Positions 27,177-37,700 are shown, numbered from the stretch's first letter. The stretch is DNA of 64,000 bases from an uncultured bacterium (GCA_964345035.1 CAYFPO010000007.1:2444-66443); one strand, 5' to 3'. The notes: generated by a model from the letters alone, not told the origin. Numbers and translations: made by a program.

Positions 27177-29060
27177 CTATTTATTTTTACTTACATTGAA
27201 AAACCAGAATATGATTCCAATAAATGGTAAAGTTCCTAACCAGTCTGGACCGTTAATCTGAGGCCACCAATCCTTGTTGCCAGTAATAAAAATTGGTAAT
27301 GCAACCAGAATTCCCATTAATGCTTCACCTGTTATAAGACCTGATGCGAACAGTAATCCTTTGTTATTGGAATCATTTAAAGTTGAATTCGTAAAATGAG
27401 CGATCATTCCACCAATAAAAATCGGTGTGGATAATTCAATTGGGAGGTAGATCCCCACAGCCACTGCAAGCACCGGCAGACGGAAAGTTGAACCTCGTTT
27501 TTCCTGAATAATATCCAGAATAATGATTCCCAATCCGATTACAGCTCCAAACTGTACCATTTCCCAGGGAAGACCGCCGGTGAACACCCCTTCTGCCACA
27601 GATTTCATTAATGTTGCTTGTGGTGCGGGAAAATCCGCTGATCCAATTGTATAAGCAGTATGCAGGATGTCAAGTACCAGTCCTAATACTCCTGCCGCGG
27701 CCAGGGTACCGATTATTTGCATTATCTGCTGTTTCCAGGGAGTTGCCCCTACGATATGACCGGTTTTCAAATCCTGGAGATTATCTCCTCCAATAGCCGC
27801 AGCGCAACATACCACAGCACCGATTAAAATGGCTCCAGCAGCACCGGTTGGTGATCCAGTGCCAAGCAATAATAGTAATAACAGTGAAGAGAAGAGGATT
27901 GTTGCAATAGTAACCCCGGAAATTGGATTATTGGACGAGCCAACAATACCCGCCATATAAGATGCAACAGCAGAAAACAGAAATCCAAAAATTAACATTA
28001 CAATGGATAACAAAATTGCAAGATTGACGGATTGAATTACATCCTGGTATAATAAGAATATTGGAACGAGGAGTGCAATTAATGCCAGAAATACAAATTT
28101 AACAGGAAAATCCCGTTCTTCTCTGGGGATGACTACATCGTCTCCTATTTTGGAATATGTTTTAAAACTGGATCGAATTCCATCTACCAGCGGTTTGGTA
28201 AGTTTGATAAGGGACCAAATTCCACCCACAACCATTGCGCCAACACCCAGATATCTAATTTTGGTGTTCCAAATATTCCAGGCGGTTGAGCTTACATCAC
28301 CTTCCCATCCATGATAAGCTGAATATAGAGGAATTGCAATGAACCAGGAGATCAATCCACCGGCAAACACCAAAATGGAGATATTCCTTCCGACAATATA
28401 ACCAACTGACAACAGAGCAGGAGACAGGTCACAACCTATCCCAAAGATTGAGCCACCAAATGACCGGATACTTTCAATTGAAGCATGCCATATACCAAAA
28501 CCCTGCTGTGCAAGTTTCATCAATGCTCCGGTAATTCCTGCAATACTCAATATTTTTAATCCGCCACTGCTGCCCTCACCGGTTCTGGATCGTTCGCCGG
28601 TTTTTAAAACTTCTGCAGTGGCAATTCCTTCGGGAAATAATAGTTTTGCTTCCAGAATCAATGCACGTCGAAGAGGAACAGTAAATAACACACCTACAAC
28701 ACCGCCGATTGCAGCGATTTTTGCAACTTCCAGATAATTGAAATTTTCCCAATATCCGATCAGTAGTAGTGCAGGGACTGTAAAAATAACTCCTGCAGCC
28801 AGAGATTCACCTGCAGAGGCAGCAGTCTGCACGATGTTATTTTCCAGAATATTGGAATGTTTGAACATCCCTAATATCCCCATAGAAATGACAGCTGCAG
28901 GGATTGATGCTGATACAGTCATCCCGGCAAACAGCCCCAGATATGCATTTGCTCCGGCAAGTACCATGGAGAGGGCAATTCCCAGTAATATTGATTTAAT
29001 GGTAATTTCTTGTAGTGGTTTCACATTCACCGCCTTGTAATTATGATTATTTCGAATCAA
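27177..29060 (-). CDS. OPT-family oligopeptide transporter
   Basis: 627 aa and polytopic. N-terminus ..LQEITIKSILLGIALSMVLAGANAYLGLFAGMTVSASIPAAVISM, and the length is typical of bacterial OPT proteins. It sits 3 nt upstream of add in the same operon. Confidence 0.8.
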   Translation of the reverse strand: MIRNNHNYKAVNVKPLQEITIKSILLGIALSMVLAGANAYLGLFAGMTVSASIPAAVISMGILGMFKHSNILENNIVQTAASAGESLAAGVIFTVPALLLIGYWENFNYLEVAKIAAIGGVVGVLFTVPLRRALILEAKLLFPEGIATAEVLKTGERSRTGEGSSGGLKILSIAGITGALMKLAQQGFGIWHASIESIRSFGGSIFGIGCDLSPALLSVGYIVGRNISILVFAGGLISWFIAIPLYSAYHGWEGDVSSTAWNIWNTKIRYLGVGAMVVGGIWSLIKLTKPLVDGIRSSFKTYSKIGDDVVIPREERDFPVKFVFLALIALLVPIFLLYQDVIQSVNLAILLSIVMLIFGFLFSAVASYMAGIVGSSNNPISGVTIATILFSSLLLLLLLGTGSPTGAAGAILIGAVVCCAAAIGGDNLQDLKTGHIVGATPWKQQIMQIIGTLAAAGVLGLVLDILHTAYTIGSADFPAPQATLMKSVAEGVFTGGLPWEMVQFGAVIGLGIIILDIIQEKRGSTFRLPVLAVAVGIYLPIELSTPIFIGGMIAHFTNSTLNDSNNKGLLFASGLITGEALMGILVALPIFITGNKDWWPQINGPDWLGTLPFIGIIFWFFNVSKNK

Positions 29061-29185
29061 AAAAATAAGGGATATTTAGGATTGATTAAAAGATTTAGTT
29101 TTCAACATTTAATTTTATGATATTTTAGATATTATTAGGGTGGGGTTAACCTTTTAAATTTCCTATTGTCCTAAGTGACAAATGT

Positions 29186-29704
29186 ATGAAAACAGACAAA
29201 GAACTGATCCAAGAATTTCAACAGGGAAGCGAGAAGTCCTTCAATGAGCTGGTACTCAGACATCAGGAATGGGTACGGGGATTCATCCAGAAATCTGTCA
29301 GAAATCAGGAAGATTCTGAAGATCTTGCCCAGGAAGTGTTCGTTAAAGCGTATTTCGGACTTGAATCTTTCCGGTTTGAAGCAGAATTCACAACCTGGCT
29401 GTATCGCGTGGTCATTAATCAGATCAATAATTTTTATCGAAAACAAAAATTATTTTCCTGGTTTCACAGAGATATCCAAGAAGCCCACACACAAACCACG
29501 AATGAACCTGATGATGACAGGAGCTATAAGCTGATGATGTCAGTGAAAAAGTTACCCAAAATGCAGCGGAATGTGATGATTCTGCGGACTTTCCAGGATT
29601 TACCTTTCAGGGATATTGGAAACGTCCTTTCCATTACAGAAAACTCCGCAAAGGTTAATTATCACAAAGCCAAGAAAAACCTGAGGAAATATCTCGATGA
29701 CTGA
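29186..29704 (+). CDS. ECF-type RNA polymerase sigma factor
   Basis: 172 aa. Region 2 (F.ELV.RH...V..F......EDSEDLAQEVFVKAY......F..EAEFTTWLYRVVIN) and region 4 (LP...R.V..LR.FQDL.F.DI......TE.S.K...HKAK..LR). Confidence 0.9.
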   Translation: MKTDKELIQEFQQGSEKSFNELVLRHQEWVRGFIQKSVRNQEDSEDLAQEVFVKAYFGLESFRFEAEFTTWLYRVVINQINNFYRKQKLFSWFHRDIQEAHTQTTNEPDDDRSYKLMMSVKKLPKMQRNVMILRTFQDLPFRDIGNVLSITENSAKVNYHKAKKNLRKYLDD

Positions 29705-30050
29705 TCCAGTAAATATAGAATTTCTTGAACAGGTAAGAAAGCGCATTCAAACCAAAAAAAAACACAATGCAATACTCCATACCATTCCACTCGCAATGGT
29801 CATGGTTTTCACCGTGATCCAATCAACACTACTGATCCGGCACGAATTACAAATCAATTATATGAATGAATTCTGGTACAGTCAGGCTGAAGAAGAAATC
29901 ATTGATTATGAATATGAAGATGAATTTGAAATTAGTGATGATGTGGCAATTGAATATTTAATCAACACAATGGATATAGAAGAATTTATTCAATTTGTGG
30001 AATTAGTTGAAGACATTGATTGGATACAAAATTTAAAGATGAAAGGATAA
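29697..30050 (+). CDS. putative anti-sigma factor (single TM)
   Basis: 117 aa, overlapping the sigma gene stop by 8 nt. It has one TM (ILHTIPLAMVMVFTVIQSTLLI) and an acidic C-terminal part. The call rests on position only. Confidence 0.45.
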   Translation: MTDPVNIEFLEQVRKRIQTKKKHNAILHTIPLAMVMVFTVIQSTLLIRHELQINYMNEFWYSQAEEEIIDYEYEDEFEISDDVAIEYLINTMDIEEFIQFVELVEDIDWIQNLKMKG

Positions 30051-30054
30051 TAAG

Positions 30055-30537
30055 ATGAAATACACAATCACATGCATAATAATGATTTCAACATTACTAA
30101 CGGGGCAATTTAGACCGGAAGAGAGGGAACCAAATCCCGGGATGGTGATCAAATGGAAGCTAACTGAATTTCTGGATATTACAGAAGAACAGGCTGAAAC
30201 ATTCTTCCCCAGAGTAAATACCTTGGAAAATGACTTAAAATCATTAAGAGAAAAAGACAAAGAACTGTTCAAAGAACTAAACGAAATGATAGATGAAGAG
30301 AAGGTCAGCAGTAAGAAAGTTGATAAGATCTTGGATGAACTCTATACCAATGAAGAAAAACGGTTACAATTAAAAAGAGACCACATCAAAAATATGGATG
30401 ATATTTTATCACCGGAACAGATGGCAAAATATGTGGCATTCGAAAGAAGTTTTAAACACAGGTTAAAAGATAGATTCCGGGAAAAAAAACATAAACGTGG
30501 TGGATTTCGTAAAAAATTACATAGAGATTGGGATTAG
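30055..30537 (+). CDS. periplasmic Spy/CpxP-like (LTxxQ-motif) protein
   Basis: 160 aa, signal-like N-terminus, helical and charged. Two LTxxQ-type motifs (LDITEEQAETF, LSPEQMAKY) and a basic tail. Confidence 0.6.
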   Translation: MKYTITCIIMISTLLTGQFRPEEREPNPGMVIKWKLTEFLDITEEQAETFFPRVNTLENDLKSLREKDKELFKELNEMIDEEKVSSKKVDKILDELYTNEEKRLQLKRDHIKNMDDILSPEQMAKYVAFERSFKHRLKDRFREKKHKRGGFRKKLHRDWD

Positions 30538-30640
30538 CATACATTATTACAGTTAAATTAGTATTATTTCCCAAATGTTTAAAATGCTCACCTGAACAAC
30601 CGTAGAGTGATGAATGAAGTCACTCCTCCAATAATCCATG

Positions 30641-30680
30641 CTCCTCCGGCGTCCCTATGCCGGAGGAGTATGATATTTAT
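30641..30680 (+). terminator. rho-independent terminator candidate after the Spy-like gene
   Basis: A perfect 10-bp stem CTCCTCCGGC (30641-30650) / GCCGGAGGAG (30659-30668) with an 8-nt loop, followed by TATGATATTTAT. Confidence 0.6.
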
Positions 30681-30774
30681 GGAAAAATTATCTCCCTAAT
30701 ATATGGATTTCACGATGTAAATTACTCCCCTTAAAACTTCTGGCGAAACGTATGTTGAGCCGTTATACTACTCG

Positions 30775-31131
30775 ATGGATAAAATTAGATTGAATAATAT
30801 TGAATTGTATGCGTATCACGGCGTAGCACCTGAAGAAAATCGGCTTGGCCAGAAATTTCAGATTGATGTAGTACTTTCTACAGACTTGACACCCGGAATT
30901 GATTCGGATGATATACAAAAATCCACAGATTATCAAAAAATATTTAATACGGTATCGGACGTATTTGTAAAGCCGACTAATAAATTGATTGAAACTGCAG
31001 CAAATAGAGTTGCCGGTGAACTACTGAAAATGGAAAATGTATCAGAGGTAATGGTAAAAATCAGAAAACCGTCGGCACCGTTAAAAGGAATTTGCAGGTC
31101 TGTTGAAGTAGAAATTATTCGGAGTAAATAA
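30775..31131 (+). CDS. folB: dihydroneopterin aldolase
   Basis: 118 aa. I.L.N.E.YAYHGV..EE..LGQKF.IDV.L..D, the classic FolB start. Confidence 0.9.
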   Translation: MDKIRLNNIELYAYHGVAPEENRLGQKFQIDVVLSTDLTPGIDSDDIQKSTDYQKIFNTVSDVFVKPTNKLIETAANRVAGELLKMENVSEVMVKIRKPSAPLKGICRSVEVEIIRSK

Positions 31132-31133
31132 TT

Positions 31134-31646
31134 ATGAAACACAAAGTATTTCTATCTCTTGGTTCAAACGTTGGTGACAGAATGAAAAACCTTGAACAGG
31201 GGATCAACTTTCTCACAGAAAATAACAATGTTGAATTGGTCCTTACTTCCAACATATATGAAACTGAACCGATGTATAATAAAGATCAAGATGATTATTA
31301 CAATCTAATTATTGAAGTTAGAACTGTTCTGTCACCTGCAGAATTACTTGGATTCATTAAATTAATTGAATTAAAATCAGGTAGGCGAATCTCACAGAAG
31401 AGAAATTTGCCACGGGTATTAGATATTGATATCCTCACAATTGATGATATTGTAATGGAATCCCCCGGTTTGGTGCTGCCCCATCCCAATATACAGGAAC
31501 GAAGATTCGTTTTGGAACCCTGGGCTGAAATAGCCCCGGAATTTGTAGTTCCGGCTGCAAACAAGACAGTAAAGGAATTAATGATTATAACCAATGACAA
31601 TTCAAAAGTAACTATGCTTGAGGAGGAATCTGCACCAGCTGTATGA
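31134..31646 (+). CDS. folK: 2-amino-4-hydroxy-6-hydroxymethyldihydropteridine diphosphokinase
   Basis: 170 aa. Motifs LSLGSN.GDR, S.IYETEP, PR.LDIDIL, LPHP....R.FVL.P. Confidence 0.9.
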   Translation: MKHKVFLSLGSNVGDRMKNLEQGINFLTENNNVELVLTSNIYETEPMYNKDQDDYYNLIIEVRTVLSPAELLGFIKLIELKSGRRISQKRNLPRVLDIDILTIDDIVMESPGLVLPHPNIQERRFVLEPWAEIAPEFVVPAANKTVKELMIITNDNSKVTMLEEESAPAV

Positions 31647-32284
31647 AATCAGCCTATCACGTAGCAATTGAAGGTAGTATCGGTGTAGGAAAAACCAGCC
31701 TGGCAAAACTCTTGGCAGAACGCCTTTGTGCACAATTGATCTTGGAAAAATTTGAGGAAAATCCATTTCTCCCTGATTTTTACCAAGACCCGGAAAGATA
31801 TTCCTTTCAGACTCAGTTGTTCTTTCTGTTATCCCGTTACAGACAGCAGATCGATCTTCAACAAACCGATCTGTTTTATAATTGTATCATAACCGATTAT
31901 ATGTTTGCCAAAGACCGATTGTTCGCATCATTAAATTTGAATGAAAAGGAAATTACATTGTATGATAAAGTGGCCAGTTTACTTGAGAAAAGTATTTCAA
32001 ATCCAAATCTGGTGATTTTCCTGCAATCTGATACCGAACGGCTTATGGCGAATATACGTAAGCGGGGAAGAGAATATGAGAAGCAAATGGACTGGAAATA
32101 TATTGACGCTTTAAATCAGGTGTATAATGAATATTTTTTCAGATATGATGGCAGTCCGCTGATGATTATCAATACCAATGACATAGATTTTGTCAATAAT
32201 GAAGATGACCTCGAAGAAGTTTTAAACTTTATCCGTACACCGGTTCACGGAGTGAAATATTATAATCCGGTAAAAAGCCTTTAA
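31643..32284 (+). CDS. deoxynucleoside kinase
   Basis: 213 aa. P-loop IEGSIGVGKTSLAKLL, then E.F..NPFL..FY.D..RY.F..Q..FL..R and a RGR.YE lid. Confidence 0.85.
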   Translation: MKSAYHVAIEGSIGVGKTSLAKLLAERLCAQLILEKFEENPFLPDFYQDPERYSFQTQLFFLLSRYRQQIDLQQTDLFYNCIITDYMFAKDRLFASLNLNEKEITLYDKVASLLEKSISNPNLVIFLQSDTERLMANIRKRGREYEKQMDWKYIDALNQVYNEYFFRYDGSPLMIINTNDIDFVNNEDDLEEVLNFIRTPVHGVKYYNPVKSL

Positions 32285-32460
32285 TGTTTCTCATCAGGCT
32301 GGTGTATCTTGTACTGGTCTGGATGGGCATTGTATATCTTATAAAATTGTGGAAAAAATATCGCCTCACCAGAAGTTCACATTACCACACAAATCCATCA
32401 AGCAAAAGAAGAAATATAAAATCTGAAATTCACGATGCAGAATTTGAGGAAATAGATTGA
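32284..32460 (+). CDS. small membrane protein (58 aa), below the ORF-track cutoff
   Basis: Hand translation: MFLIRLVYLVLVWMGIVYLIKLWKKYRLTRSSHYHTNPSSKRRNIKSEIHDAEFEEID*. Its ATG overlaps the dNK stop (TAATG), and its TGA overlaps the TTG start of the next gene. That gives translational coupling on both sides. Confidence 0.55.
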   Translation: MFLIRLVYLVLVWMGIVYLIKLWKKYRLTRSSHYHTNPSSKRRNIKSEIHDAEFEEID

Positions 32461-33485
32461 GAGCAGCGAGAATTCACAATCATGGTGGACCTGAAGTACT
32501 GCAGATTGATGATATACCAGAGCCCATTTGCCCATCAGATGGAGTAAAAGTGAAAATCCATGCAGCCTCTCTAAATCACCTGGATATATGGATTCGGGAG
32601 GGAATTCCGGGATTGCCAATTGAATTACCATTAATCCCAGGTTCAGACGGTTCCGGTGAGATCGTTGAAGTTGGAGCTGAAATTTCGGGTTGGAAAGTCG
32701 GTGATGCAGTGGTCATTCAGCCGGGTACATTCTGCGGTAACTGTGATTTTTGCAGGAAAGGTCAGGAAAATTACTGCATACATTATGGAATTATTGGTGA
32801 GACAGTAAATGGAACTGACTGTGATTATTTTATTACAAAACCAGAAAATCTTCACAAAAAAGCTCACCATTTAAGCTGGGAGGAGGCTGCATCTCTCCAG
32901 CTTGTGAGTATGACGGCGTATCAAATGCTCATACCCAGGGCTAATCTGCAAAAGGGTGAAACTGTATTGATCTACGGGGCAACTTCCGGAATTGGCTCTG
33001 CAGCTATACAAATTGCAAAACATATTGGTGCCTCAGTAATTACAACCGTTGGATCAGAAGAGAAACAAGCGCACGCAGAAAAAATGGGAGCCGATTTCGT
33101 AATACTGCATTCTCAGGATAATTGGATAAAAGAAGTAAAAAAAATAACAGGCAGACAAGGGATTCAGGTCATATTTGAACATATTGGACAGGCAACCTGG
33201 CAGAATTCTATGCGTCTGCTTGGCAAAGGTGGGAGAGTGGTAACTTGCGGTGCAACTACCGGACCAAAGGTAGATTTTGATCTTAGACATCTATTTATGA
33301 AACAGCAGACAATATTGGGTTCAACTATGAGTGATATGAAAAGTTTTAAAGCAGTACAGGAATTGATTCATCAAAAAATAATAACTCCATTTGTGGATAA
33401 AATATTTCCATTGGAAGAAATTTCAGATGCGCATCGTTATCTGGAGAACCGGAAGCAGTTTGGGAAGGTATGTATTTCAATCTGA
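32457..33485 (+). CDS. zinc-type alcohol dehydrogenase / quinone oxidoreductase family protein (MDR superfamily)
   Basis: 342 aa. Includes GSDGSGEIVEVG, a Cys cluster (C..C..C......C) and the Rossmann motif YGATSGIGSAAIQIAK. Confidence 0.85.
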   Translation: MRAARIHNHGGPEVLQIDDIPEPICPSDGVKVKIHAASLNHLDIWIREGIPGLPIELPLIPGSDGSGEIVEVGAEISGWKVGDAVVIQPGTFCGNCDFCRKGQENYCIHYGIIGETVNGTDCDYFITKPENLHKKAHHLSWEEAASLQLVSMTAYQMLIPRANLQKGETVLIYGATSGIGSAAIQIAKHIGASVITTVGSEEKQAHAEKMGADFVILHSQDNWIKEVKKITGRQGIQVIFEHIGQATWQNSMRLLGKGGRVVTCGATTGPKVDFDLRHLFMKQQTILGSTMSDMKSFKAVQELIHQKIITPFVDKIFPLEEISDAHRYLENRKQFGKVCISI

Positions 33486-33516
33486 ATGTGAATATCCATT
33501 GGCTGATTACGGTAAA

Positions 33517-34074
33517 ATGTTATTATTTTTCGGGGAGGATATCAGATTGAAAACAGCAAAAATATACCCCATATTTATTGGATTTATTATTCAAACCCTG
33601 TTTGCAATCCCAAATTTACATCATGGTGCTGGATTCAGATTAACTAATGGTGGTCAAGGGATGTATTATGAATTGGCAGGGAATATAAACCGACTGAATC
33701 AAGCCTATTTCAATTCGGGTTTTCATATTGAAAAATCCCAGTACACAGTAAGCTATTATGGTGAATTCACCGGAAATTCAATGAACTCTGATGTTTTGAT
33801 ACCTGCAGTATTTGGTTACCGAAAGATATTATTTGACTCAAAGCTTGCCGGGACGATGCGTCCCTATTGGTTTGGTGAGCTTGGGCAAGTGGGACAGCTA
33901 ACCGGAAATAAACTCAAGAATCTCAGATTAAACGGTTGGTCCAGTGAGTGGTCAACGGGAATCGGCCTACAGTTTCGGGCAGGAAGACTCATTCACCGCA
34001 TCCATGCTGGATATACATCAAATACTTTTATTGACGGCAATGCGGTTTTGGGTATAACATTTTTCTGGAAGTAA
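33517..34074 (+). CDS. hypothetical protein, possibly a small outer-membrane beta-barrel
   Basis: ORF 33391..34074 overlaps the upstream gene, so I prefer the ATG at 33517. It has a hydrophobic N-terminus, alternating aromatic/Gly-rich strands, and the C-terminus ..LGITFFWK. Confidence 0.4.
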   Translation: MLLFFGEDIRLKTAKIYPIFIGFIIQTLFAIPNLHHGAGFRLTNGGQGMYYELAGNINRLNQAYFNSGFHIEKSQYTVSYYGEFTGNSMNSDVLIPAVFGYRKILFDSKLAGTMRPYWFGELGQVGQLTGNKLKNLRLNGWSSEWSTGIGLQFRAGRLIHRIHAGYTSNTFIDGNAVLGITFFWK

Positions 34075-34086
34075 CACTATGAGTGA

Positions 34087-34407
34087 TTGATGATTGATAA
34101 AAAAATAGTCAGCCTATTATTACCTTACTGTAACAATCCTGAATCCCTTTACTGTCCAGCCGGGCAACTTCCTTGTGAGAATCAAACAACTTGCTGTGAT
34201 GTGATCTGTGAGGATGGGTATCATCTTGGAGGGGAGGATTCTACTGATTGTTTGCTGGATACGACAAATCACGATATTTATTGGGAAATTGATACAATTA
34301 CTTTCGGTGATATTTGGGATGCTACCGAAATTTCCACAGGAGTATATTATATTCGATTAGAAACTAATCATTTCACACAAACTCAGGAAGTAACACTATT
34401 GAAATAA
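34087..34407 (+). CDS. Cys-rich hypothetical protein ending in a short T9SS-tail-like segment (possibly a gene remnant)
   Basis: 106 aa. There is no obvious signal peptide. It has 8 Cys in the first 55 aa. The end ISTGVYYIRLETNHFTQTQEVTLLK resembles only the last strands of the sorting domains seen elsewhere in the window. Confidence 0.35.
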   Translation: MMIDKKIVSLLLPYCNNPESLYCPAGQLPCENQTTCCDVICEDGYHLGGEDSTDCLLDTTNHDIYWEIDTITFGDIWDATEISTGVYYIRLETNHFTQTQEVTLLK

Positions 34408-34417
34408 TGTGTAATTT

Positions 34418-34768
34418 ATGACTATGGTGGATTGTTTATTTTGTAAAATTTCTGCAGGCGATATTCCTTCGGAGGTGGTAAAAGAGAATGAAACAGTATT
34501 GGCATTCCGGGATATCAATCCCCAGGCACCTACCCATATTCTGGTGATTCCAAGAGAACATATTGCTTCTACACTGGACTTGAATAAGGACAATGCTAAT
34601 GTGCTTGCAGATATGGCACTTCTGGCTCAGGAAATTGCGATTGATGAGCGAATTGACGACTCCGGTTACCGCTGGGTGATTAATACAGGTGCAGCGGCAG
34701 GACAGACCGTATTTCACATTCACCTCCATCTTTTAGGAGGAAGACCGATGACCTGGCCTCCCGGATAA
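34418..34768 (+). CDS. HIT-family (histidine triad) nucleotide hydrolase
   Basis: 116 aa. CLFCKI..G.IP, F.DI.PQAP.HILVIP, and the triad HIHLHLLGG. Confidence 0.92.
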   Translation: MTMVDCLFCKISAGDIPSEVVKENETVLAFRDINPQAPTHILVIPREHIASTLDLNKDNANVLADMALLAQEIAIDERIDDSGYRWVINTGAAAGQTVFHIHLHLLGGRPMTWPPG

Positions 34769-34771
34769 ACT

Positions 34772-37700
34772 GTGTATATCTCCAATCTCAATATTCAGGG
34801 ATTCAAATCCTTTCTACCTAAAACCAAACTTACATTTGGAGATGGTATCACCTGCATTGTAGGTCCCAATGGATGCGGTAAAACCAATATTGTGGATGCT
34901 ATCCGCTGGATCCTTGGTGAACAAAAGACATCTGTCCTCCGATCTGATAAAATGGATGGAATTATTTTTAATGGAACCAAAACAAGAAAACCCATCGGAT
35001 TTTGTGAAGTTTCATTAACCATTCATAATGATAAGGGCCGTCTCCCTGTGGAATATACTGATGTTGAGATAACCCGTCGATTTTATCGTAATGGGGAAAG
35101 TGAATATTTTATCAATAAGGTACCGTGCAGATTAAAAGATATCAAAGGATTGTTCGTTGATACCGGTATGGGTGCCAATGCATATTCAGTTATTGAACTG
35201 AAAATGATTGAAACAATTTTGTCACAAAACGCTGCAGACAGGAGAAGACTCATTGAAGAAGCTGCAGGTATCAGCCAGTATAAACATCAAAAAAACGCAA
35301 CTCTCCGCAAACTGGAAGCTACAAAATCAGATCTCGAACGTGTAAAAGATATAATCGCTGAAGTAGAATCCACTGTTAAAAATCTCAATCTTCAAATGAA
35401 ACGGTTTGAGCGTCATAAAATTCTGGTGGAAAAAGTCAAAAATACTGAATTGACGTTGGCACAAGCTCAAATTCAACTGTTAAATGAAAAAGAACAACCA
35501 CTCAGGGAAAAATTAAACAAGGAACAGACTGATACTTCTGCAATGACGGGACAAGTTAGTCTGGATGAATCTTTATTAACAGAGATGGAAACTCAATTTG
35601 CAACAGCTAAGGATGATCTCAATAATTGTCAGATTGAATTAACGAAAGTTGTAGATAAATTACGAACCACAAATAACAATATTCTGGTGTGGACTGAACA
35701 GAAAAAATCCAATGAATTAAGGATTCAGCAATATACAGATGAAAAAAACCAATCCGAAGGAAGGATAAAAACCCTGGAGTCACAAATTAAAGAAATCCGG
35801 GAAAAAATTAAGACCTTTCAACCTGATATTAAAAACAGAAAAGAGGATTATGACAGGGTTAAGGCAGAATTCGACACATTGCAATCAGAAACTGAAACCC
35901 ATCAAAAACAATGGAAAACATTGAGAAATGAATACGATGTGCACATGGATTATATACACCAACTCAGAGCAAAGGCTGAGCGTGCGCGGGCAGGGCTGGA
36001 AGAAAAAGAATCCGGAATAATTAGGCTTCAGGAGGAAATTGTTGACCTTGAAAAGCAGGGTAAAATATTACTGGAAAGTGAAAAAGATTTTAAAACTCAG
36101 GTTAAAAACCAGGAACATTTAAACAGCAAACTATCTCTTAAATTGGAAAAATTGCAGGAAAATCATTCTCAACTAGAAAATTCCGTTCTCAATAAAAAGG
36201 AAGAAATTGTCAAGGAAGAATCAAAATTGGAGAATATGTGTTCCAGACTGCAGTTCTATACAGATTTAGTTGAAAATCAGGGAGGTCGATCTTCCGGTAT
36301 ACAGTATGTCATGGAGAACAAAGCTCAGCTTCCTGGAATTTGCGGTGTGGTATCAGATCTTTTAGATGTGGAGGAATCTCATGCTCTTGCTATTGAGGTA
36401 GGGCTTGGAGAAGCAGCGAATTATCTTGTTGTGGATACCAGAAAAAATGCAATGAATATTTTAAATTGGTTGAAAGAATCTAAAACGGATAGCCAGGTCA
36501 GTATCATCCCGCTCGATGTTCTGCCCTCCATAAGTTTGAATAATAATGGCAGTAAAGAATATGTTTCTGCAGTTCAGTGTGTTAAGTCAAAATCCCGATT
36601 TAAGGCGTTGTTTAATCTATTGTTGCATGATGTAAGGGTGATTACCAATGGAATGGATATCAATACTATTCCTGTAGATAATCCGGAGTTTAATTGGGTG
36701 ACTCTGGACGGTCAATTCATTGGGAGAAAATATGTAATGAAATCATCCCGCGGTACAAAGCACGCAGTTTCTGTAGGCAGGGAGAAAATGATCAAAAACC
36801 TGAAAAAGGAAATATTTTCAATAGAAAAACATCTTTCTGACCTCAGAGGAAACTTGGATTCAACTATAAAGAAAGCTGACAAAAGTCGAAATTATGTTGA
36901 AATTGAAGAAGTAAGTTTAGAGTCTGGTATTAAAAGCTTGTCAACACTGGATAAAGAATTGTCTAAAATTGAATTTATCAATTCTCAAAACATTGATAAA
37001 TTGAAAAAATCCAGGGAATTTCTCTCAAATTCGAAAATTTCAATCCGGAATATTGAAATTGAAAAACAAAAAATGAATACTCAGCTGGAAGAATTACAAC
37101 TAAAAAATGATGCATATAAATCAGAAATTGCAGAAATTCAAGCCATCCTGGATGATCTACAGTCAAAACGTGTGCAGGTTCAACAAACAGTTCAGGATGC
37201 CCGTGTGGCTCTGGTCGAAATAGAAAAAGAAGCAGATGGATGTGAATACCGCCTGAATACTAATAAAAAATTGAAAACCGACCTTGAAAACAGAATCATG
37301 GAATATGATACAAAATCTAAACAACTCAATACTGAAATAACTGATTTGGTCAAGAAAACTGAATCTGCTGAAATGGATAAGCTAACCGTTGTCAAAAAAA
37401 GGGAAAATCTTCAAAAAACCAAAGTTCAATTTGAAAAAGTGTATAATGAAAAATACGAAGAAGTACAAAATTTACAGAGAGAAATCCGGGAACAGCAAAA
37501 AAAGAAGGAAGAGAGTTTGTTAGAACTTCGGGATATGGAATTGAAAATTGCCGGAATAGAAAAGGAAAAAGAACTCATCATCAGCAGAATTCGGGAGTTA
37601 TATCATATATCTGTTCCAAAGGAAGCAATTGATTTAGAGACTGTAAATCTTGAAGAATTAAAACAGACTGTTCAAACCATGCAAAGATCCATTGAAAGGA

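Noticed and set aside
30538-30774. Possible THF or other riboswitch in the 237-nt gap upstream of folB.
   Set aside because: I see only two simple hairpins: GAGTGA/TCACTC at about 30605-30625, and the 10-bp CTCCTCCGGC/GCCGGAGGAG stem with a T-rich tail. The second is best explained as the terminator of the upstream Spy-like gene. I recognise no THF-riboswitch core sequence. A covariance-model scan would be needed to exclude one fully.
33391-33516. 5' extension of ORF 33391-34074 overlapping the oxidoreductase gene by ~95 nt.
   Set aside because: The extension encodes no hydrophobic signal and lies within the conserved C-terminus of the upstream gene. The ATG at 33517 is followed by a hydrophobic segment.
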